Positions 5,699 through 11,287 of a DNA stretch of 11,287 nt are shown piece by piece. Source of the stretch: a virus; IMG/VR virus record IMGVR_UViG_3300001484_000975, positions 1 to 11,287 of that record. One strand, given 5' to 3'. Position 1 is the first letter of the stretch. Every line of letters starts with the position of its first letter. The position numbers and the translations under genes are program-made. The notes beneath the pieces are model-generated. The model saw nothing but the letters and a program-made list of their open reading frames with translations. It was not told where the DNA came from and ran no database searches.

Positions 5699-7684
5699 TT
5701 ATTCATCATCCCATGCACTTGAAAGTGGACTTCCAAATGTTGGGTATATTGTTTTTTTACCATCTTCAATAGTTTCTTCTACTTCTATTATTCGATAAGT
5801 GGTATATACACCCCACTTTTCCTTTTTAATATTAACTATGTCACCAAGATTCCATTTTTCTTTATAATCTTGTTGAACAAGTGCAGTAACTTCTAATTGG
5901 AATGTTCCATCAGATAATTTACCTTCACCAACTGAACGTAATTTAGCTTTATAATCATTATCAGATAAACTTCCTTTTGTTAATGATTTTTGGTCACTAA
6001 ATACTTCATATCTATCAAAACCACTTATTCCTTCATCAACACTAACAAGTACCCTGTTTGTATCTTCACCTTGACCACCAACTAAAACATAATTTACTTT
6101 AGTTTTTTCACTAATAACAAGTTTTCCTTGTTCTATGTTATAGTTATCATCACTAAATGAATATTGTTCATTAATACTTTGTTCTGAAGTTCTATCTTTT
6201 CCTTCCCAAGCTTCAAACATATATACTTTAGAATCAACATTTGGAACTACCCTAAAACCTATATTTGAATATTCAGCAAGTTTACATAGATATTCATATA
6301 CATTTTTATAAGAAACTTGAAAATCAATATGTGGTGAAGTCATTGTAACTGCTTCAGTTTCCCATTGTTCTGTAAGTGGTGTCATAGCATTTACAATTGT
6401 ATTCATACCTTCAATTGTATTTCCACTAAAATTGATTTTACTTTTTACAATTCTTCTTTCTAATAATGAACTTAAGAATCGACCACTAATTATTAATTCT
6501 TCATCAGTTCCATTATCACTAAATTCAATTGTTTCAATTATTCCTGCTTCAGTATAATTGTTTCTCATTACTAATACATTTTTATCAATAAATTGCATGA
6601 CATAATCATTTACTGGTAAAACAATTTCAAATTCACCTGCTTCAAAATATTTTCTTCGCCATCTTAATGAAATAAAATAATCGACTATTCCAAGCATATT
6701 TAATTCTTTATCAAAGAAAAATAATGTTGAATCTTCTTCTGAATCAGCAGATAATTCTCTGGTTAAGTTTAATATGTATATAGGAATTGTACCAGTAGAT
6801 GAATAACGATATGCAGTAATTACCATTACATTATCTTCATTATTATAAGCTAAACCATATCTAACACCAGCAGTTCCATCATCTATATCTTGCCACATAA
6901 CACCATCAATTGATTGTAGTATAGTACCATTGTAACCACATGCAATATACATACCATTTGCATATCGTGATCTAATTAAATATGAATCAGTAGTTGAATC
7001 TTGTTTTGTCCAATTTATACCATTACTAGATGTTAAAATTGTTCCTTTATCACCAGTTACTACAAATTGACCTTTTCCATACGAAATACCAACCAGTTTA
7101 ACATCAACACCTGATGTTCTTCGTGTCCAGTTAATAAGATTTGAAGAAGTGAAAATGGAACCAAGTTCACCTATTGAAACATACATTCCATTTTTATAAT
7201 CAATGTCCATAGTAGCAGTGCTTTTTGATTCTTGTATAGTATAATCATGTCGAGTAACATTTACACCATCTGTTGTTTCATAAAATTGTTTTGTAGAACT
7301 TATTTGTTGACCAGAACGTGATGTTCTATAACCAGTAGTAAATACAAATCTATTATTAATAAACTTACAAGTGTTAGAATGCATTGAAAAATTTTCACCA
7401 GTATTAAGAACTTTAGGAATCCAGTTTATACCATTTTTTGAATAATAATAGTATGTATTGTTTGTTGTTCCTGCACCACCTGTAATAACAAATATACCAT
7501 TACCATATGCTATATTTGATGGTTTTAAGTAACTATCATTTAACTGATATTCAATCCAGTTTTCTAAATCTTCAGATACACATACTTTAGCTGGACTTTC
7601 TGATAGCAAATAATATTTACCATCAACATAAACAATACCTTTTCCAGCACCAGTTACATGTGTGTCTTTTTCTATAAGTTTCAT
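5699..7684 (-). CDS. Tail-associated protein: N-terminal propeller-like repeat region fused to Siphovirus ReqiPepy6 Gp37-like domain
   Basis: 661 aa. Repeats of the type 'G.G.....G..G.I..S.(N/D)G..W' to about residue 265, then FFFDKELNMLGIVDYFISLRWRRKYFEAGEFEIVLP..NVLVMRN..EAGIIETIEF. SD GGGGTGA. Confidence 0.82.
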   Translation of the reverse strand: MKLIEKDTHVTGAGKGIVYVDGKYYLLSESPAKVCVSEDLENWIEYQLNDSYLKPSNIAYGNGIFVITGGAGTTNNTYYYYSKNGINWIPKVLNTGENFSMHSNTCKFINNRFVFTTGYRTSRSGQQISSTKQFYETTDGVNVTRHDYTIQESKSTATMDIDYKNGMYVSIGELGSIFTSSNLINWTRRTSGVDVKLVGISYGKGQFVVTGDKGTILTSSNGINWTKQDSTTDSYLIRSRYANGMYIACGYNGTILQSIDGVMWQDIDDGTAGVRYGLAYNNEDNVMVITAYRYSSTGTIPIYILNLTRELSADSEEDSTLFFFDKELNMLGIVDYFISLRWRRKYFEAGEFEIVLPVNDYVMQFIDKNVLVMRNNYTEAGIIETIEFSDNGTDEELIISGRFLSSLLERRIVKSKINFSGNTIEGMNTIVNAMTPLTEQWETEAVTMTSPHIDFQVSYKNVYEYLCKLAEYSNIGFRVVPNVDSKVYMFEAWEGKDRTSEQSINEQYSFSDDNYNIEQGKLVISEKTKVNYVLVGGQGEDTNRVLVSVDEGISGFDRYEVFSDQKSLTKGSLSDNDYKAKLRSVGEGKLSDGTFQLEVTALVQQDYKEKWNLGDIVNIKKEKWGVYTTYRIIEVEETIEDGKKTIYPTFGSPLSSAWDDE

Positions 7685-7694
7685 CTAATCACCC

Positions 7695-8573
7695 CTATAC
7701 TGCTTCATAATAGTTGTAATAACTAATACTACAATCTAGATTTGATGAACCTTCATCTGCATTTGTAACATATTTATTTACACCATTAGGTGCTTGTAAG
7801 AATTTAGTACCGAATACTAATGAATTAGTTATATTAGTTTCATTACCATTAGAATCAATATGTATTATTGCTTTTTCATTGTTATATGTAGTTACAACAA
7901 TCTGTTCACCTAATTCCAAAGTATAATTTAACTTCATTTCTTCATTTGTACGTGTATTTTTTAGTGATGGATTAACTACTTCACCATTTGCTATAAATAC
8001 AATTGTTAAACCATAGTTTATATGTGAATTATTTTCAATTTCAATTGATGTAGATTCGTTTTTACGACCAAATTCAATACCAGTTCCTTCAGGAATTTCC
8101 AATTTAAACTTAAACAATTTGTCCCAGTTATTTAATGTTGCGATTGTTTCTTCTGAATCCATAAAGTAAGGACTAGGACATATTAAACTTACTGTTGCAT
8201 AAATTATATTTGTATTTCTTGTTAAAGTTACTTTTTCAACATAATAATTTATTTTCCTTTCAATATCACCTTCATAATAATATAAAGTTCCATGATCCTT
8301 TAAAGGAAAAACATTATATAACTGACTTTTTCTTGTTTGTACATTTTGGTCATCTCTAAATGCAATTGTTAAATTAATATTTCTAGAATTAACAGATGTT
8401 CCAATATATGAAACACCAACACCAAATGCACTTTTTATTGTTGCAACATTACCATCATAATTATGTATTCCTGAATAATCATGTAAGAAAAATGGAAAAT
8501 TATATGCAAATTCTAGTTTATAACCATAACTATTTTTACAGACTATTTTCTTTCTATTTGTAAAATAACCCAT
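7695..8573 (-). CDS. Distal tail (Dit)-like siphovirus tail component
   Basis: FPFFLHDYSGIHNYDG..., NSRNINLTIAFRDD..TRKSQLYNVFPLKDHGTLYYYEGDIERKINYYVEKV, ATVSLICPSPYF. ATG at 8573 sits 6-12 nt from GGAAAGGTTGGTG. The track start at 8594 would overlap the TMP by 20 bp. Confidence 0.85.
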   Translation of the reverse strand: MGYFTNRKKIVCKNSYGYKLEFAYNFPFFLHDYSGIHNYDGNVATIKSAFGVGVSYIGTSVNSRNINLTIAFRDDQNVQTRKSQLYNVFPLKDHGTLYYYEGDIERKINYYVEKVTLTRNTNIIYATVSLICPSPYFMDSEETIATLNNWDKLFKFKLEIPEGTGIEFGRKNESTSIEIENNSHINYGLTIVFIANGEVVNPSLKNTRTNEEMKLNYTLELGEQIVVTTYNNEKAIIHIDSNGNETNITNSLVFGTKFLQAPNGVNKYVTNADEGSSNLDCSISYYNYYEAV

Positions 8574-8574
8574 A

Positions 8575-10674
8575 TTATGCACCAACCTTTCCATATTTTA
8601 ATCTATACAATTCATATTCTTGTCTTAACTTTCTAACATTATCTGATGGTGATGTGTATTTTGAATTATTATTAATAATAGCAGTGAAATTACCACCCCT
8701 ATTTTCATCAGAAACAACATTATTATCAGAATATTGTTTTTTACTACTAAATCCAGTTGTTATATTTGGTGTTACATCAAAATCAGTAGGTAATGCATGA
8801 ACCATATCTTCAGCAACACTTTTCATTTCATCAGTGAATCCAACACCAATACCTTGTGCAAGATATGTTCCTACTTCATCCCTAAATAATGTTGAAGGTG
8901 ATTTAATACCAAAGAAACTTTTGAATTTATTTAGTACTGCATCTTTAAATCCTTTAATTTTATCAAATAACCAATCTTTAACATTTTTAATACCATTCCA
9001 TAATCCTTTAATTATATTTCCACCTATTTCAACAAACATTGAAGGTAATTGTTTGAAATAATTCAACATAGATGAACCTATTTTTGGTAGATATGACAAT
9101 AAAGTCGGTATACTATTTAAAAGTCCTTGTGCAAGTCCGATTATTAGTTGCCATCCAGCTTTTATAAATAATGGAAGGTTATCTATTAACATTGGTATCA
9201 TTTCTAATATTGCATCAATTAACTGTGGTATTATAGTTGGTAATTGTTCTGCAAGTGATTGAACTATCAATACAGTTGCTTGAATTAAAGCTTGTAATAT
9301 ATCAGGTAATATATCAACTATTCCTGTAAATGCTTGAACAATACCATTCATAAGAACAGGTATTAAACTTGGTAAAGCATCTGATAAAGCTTTTATTAAA
9401 TCAACTACACCTGAAATTAATGATGGTAATATAGATTGTAATAAACTTGGTAATTCTTGTGCTAATTTAGGAACTAATTCTTTTATTAGTTTTCCAATAC
9501 CTTCAAGAACAGTTTTTACTCTAGGTAAAATGTTGTCACCAAATGTCATAACACTATCAACTAAATTACCAACTAACGTATCGAAATCTGCATTTTCATC
9601 TGCAATACCTGTTAATAAATTAGACCATGCACCTTTCATCGCATTTAATGATCCTGAAATTGTTTTTGATGCTTCTTCTGATGTTGTACCAGTTATTCCA
9701 AGTTCACCTTGTATAACGTGAATTGCTTGATAAACATCATTCAAATTAGAAATATCATAATGTACACCACTTATTTTTTCTGCATCTGCAAGTAATCTTT
9801 CCATTTCAGTTTTAGTACCACCATAACCTAATTTTAAGTTATCAAGCATGGTATAGTTTTGTTTTGCGAAACCTTGATATGCCGACTGTATCATTGACAT
9901 ACTTGTACCCATTTTATTAGCATTATCTGACATATCAATAATAGCCATATTCGCAACATCAGCACTTTTTTCAGTATCACCATTTAAACTTTGTAATAAT
10001 GATGCACTAAATGATGTAACTGTTTCCATATATTCATTAGCACTTAATCCAGCAGTTTTATATGAATTATTTGCATATTCTTGAACTTTTTGTGAACTAT
10101 CTTTAAATAATGTTTCTACACCACCAACTAATTGTTCATAATCTGCATAACTTTGAATTGCTTGTTTTCCTATATCAAGCATCGCAGAACCAAGTCTTCT
10201 TACACCATTTAAAGCACCCTTTATTGCATCAGCACCTAGATTTGCAAGAATACCTTTAAATACAGTAAAACCTTCTGAAGATTTTTCAGCTTTATTACCA
10301 GTATCTTCAACTTCTTTTCCAAGCGAATCAATTTCTTTTCTTGTCTTAATAACATCTGCTTCTGCATTATTTAATGAACGTTGCCATTTTAAAGTTCTTG
10401 AATCAGTTTCACCATATTGTTCTTTAGCTTGTTCCAATGCACCACGTAAAGTTCTTACTTTATCTTCTTGTGCTTCAAGTTTCTTATTTAATACATCTTC
10501 CTTTGAAGTTAAACCTTGAATAGATTTATCATTCTTTCCAAATTCAGCAGTTACCTTGTTCATTTCACTTGAAACAACACCTAATTGTGCAGTTATATTT
10601 GACAATGCCTTACGATATTCGGATTCACCATCAAGCTTGACTGTTCCACCAAAAGTATTACTTCCTTTAGCCAT
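8575..10674 (-). CDS. Phage tail tape measure protein
   Basis: 699 aa. N-terminal coiled coil, VGGVETLFKDSSQKVQEYANNSYKTAGLSANEYMETVTSFSASLLQSL..., hydrophobic helices, FGIKSPSTLFRDEVG near the end. SD GAAAGGATGGTG. Confidence 0.95.
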   Translation of the reverse strand: MAKGSNTFGGTVKLDGESEYRKALSNITAQLGVVSSEMNKVTAEFGKNDKSIQGLTSKEDVLNKKLEAQEDKVRTLRGALEQAKEQYGETDSRTLKWQRSLNNAEADVIKTRKEIDSLGKEVEDTGNKAEKSSEGFTVFKGILANLGADAIKGALNGVRRLGSAMLDIGKQAIQSYADYEQLVGGVETLFKDSSQKVQEYANNSYKTAGLSANEYMETVTSFSASLLQSLNGDTEKSADVANMAIIDMSDNANKMGTSMSMIQSAYQGFAKQNYTMLDNLKLGYGGTKTEMERLLADAEKISGVHYDISNLNDVYQAIHVIQGELGITGTTSEEASKTISGSLNAMKGAWSNLLTGIADENADFDTLVGNLVDSVMTFGDNILPRVKTVLEGIGKLIKELVPKLAQELPSLLQSILPSLISGVVDLIKALSDALPSLIPVLMNGIVQAFTGIVDILPDILQALIQATVLIVQSLAEQLPTIIPQLIDAILEMIPMLIDNLPLFIKAGWQLIIGLAQGLLNSIPTLLSYLPKIGSSMLNYFKQLPSMFVEIGGNIIKGLWNGIKNVKDWLFDKIKGFKDAVLNKFKSFFGIKSPSTLFRDEVGTYLAQGIGVGFTDEMKSVAEDMVHALPTDFDVTPNITTGFSSKKQYSDNNVVSDENRGGNFTAIINNNSKYTSPSDNVRKLRQEYELYRLKYGKVGA

Positions 10675-10694
10675 ATAATCACCATCCTTTCTTT

Positions 10695-10925
10695 TTAATC
10701 GTTAAACCATTCCAAAGATTCCATTTGTTCTTCTTCAGTAGGTTCTAATTCATATAACATTTTTTTAGTTTTAAAATTATAAAATCTTTTATAGTAGTCA
10801 TACAATTTTTCCCATTTCTTATATGTCCAATGACCAACTTCTTTTTCAGAAAATCCTAAAATTGTAGTTCCTACAAATAAAACCCACACAAAATCAATTT
10901 TTATTGGTTCTGTGTGGTAATCACG
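10695..10925 (-). CDS. GT extension of the tail assembly chaperone, expressed by -1 frameshift
   Basis: Open in the -1 frame from the slippery site: RDYHTEPIKIDFVWVLFVGTTILGFSEKEVGHWTYKKWEKLYDYYKRFYNFKTKKMLYELEPTEEEQMESLEWFND*. Positioned between G and TMP. Confidence 0.88.
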   Translation of the reverse strand, partial: RDYHTEPIKIDFVWVLFVGTTILGFSEKEVGHWTYKKWEKLYDYYKRFYNFKTKKMLYELEPTEEEQMESLEWFND

Positions 10926-10931
10926 TTTTTT
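10884..10931 (-). promoter_or_regulatory. Programmed -1 ribosomal frameshift signal: A_AAA_AAC slippery heptamer + 7 nt spacer + hairpin
   Basis: AAAAAAC at 10931-10925 in G frame (ACA AAA AAC). Stem CCACACAGAA/TTTTGTGTGG with inner CAAT-AAAA-ATTG spans 10917-10884. Confidence 0.88.
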
Positions 10932-11287
10932 GTTTCATCAACTTCAGTATCATTATTACTTCCAGCATCAATAACAGTTCCTTTTAATTGTTCTAGAACT
11001 GTCTTTACACCTAATTCAGTAATAATTCTTCCAACTTTTCGTTCATTTACGAATTTTCTTGGTTGATCACTATTTTCATTTTCAATATCTATTCCTTCAT
11101 TAATAGCTTCTTTAAAAAAGAATAATAATGCTTTTATTTTTGGTTCGCTTCCATCTTTTGGTTCAACCATATCTGACCATTCATTTAAACTTCCAAATTC
11201 ATTTTGTAATGCTTCCATAACGTTTAATGAATAAGTAAATGGAAAAGTTTCACTCTTTGTTTTTAAATATCTTATATCATTACCCAT
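10901..11287 (-). CDS. Tail assembly chaperone (gpG-like); reaches the window edge, so the start is provisional
   Basis: FPFTYSLNVMEALQNEFGSLNEWSDMV..EPKIKALLFFFKEAINEG... upstream of the TMP, with frameshift signal at its 3' end. Confidence 0.8.
   Translation of the reverse strand: MGNDIRYLKTKSETFPFTYSLNVMEALQNEFGSLNEWSDMVEPKDGSEPKIKALLFFFKEAINEGIDIENENSDQPRKFVNERKVGRIITELGVKTVLEQLKGTVIDAGSNNDTEVDETKNVITTQNQ

Noticed and set aside
10695-10889. Independent 64 aa gene starting at GTG 10889
   Set aside because: The frame is open without a stop back to a perfect slippery site in G, so it is better explained as the GT extension.

Overview
The window is the late structural and lysis module of a low-GC, Bacillota-type siphophage or prophage. 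Every credible gene is on the minus strand. In transcription order (right to left) they are: tail assembly chaperone G (partial) with a -1 frameshift extension (GT), tape measure, distal tail protein, a Gp37-like tail-associated protein with an added N-terminal propeller-like region, a baseplate/fibre protein with a CBM5/12-like tail, an array of five small fibre/receptor-tip genes, two small lysis-region membrane proteins, a GH25-CW_7-LysM endolysin, an SSB-like fragment between two terminators, and a GNAT acetyltransferase. The most interesting observation is in the fibre array. Two of the five genes are each preceded by a cryptic leader ORF containing a pure tetranucleotide microsatellite: (TTGC)8.5 at 4820-4853 and (GTAT)15 at 3752-3811. 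Beyond each repeat, one reading frame encodes a related C-terminus (..WGDRYLISSRFGDYYA* and ..WGDWYYLVSVTCDVYA*). In both cases its TAA lies at the same offset over the start of the next fibre gene (ATGCTTAATG). This suggests slipped-strand phase variation that switches translational coupling into fibre genes. All five array genes lack an evident Shine-Dalgarno but carry a short hairpin just upstream of the start, whereas the neighbouring structural and lysis genes have strong SDs. A textbook A_AAA_AAC slippery site with a downstream hairpin in the G/GT chaperone is also clearly resolved.
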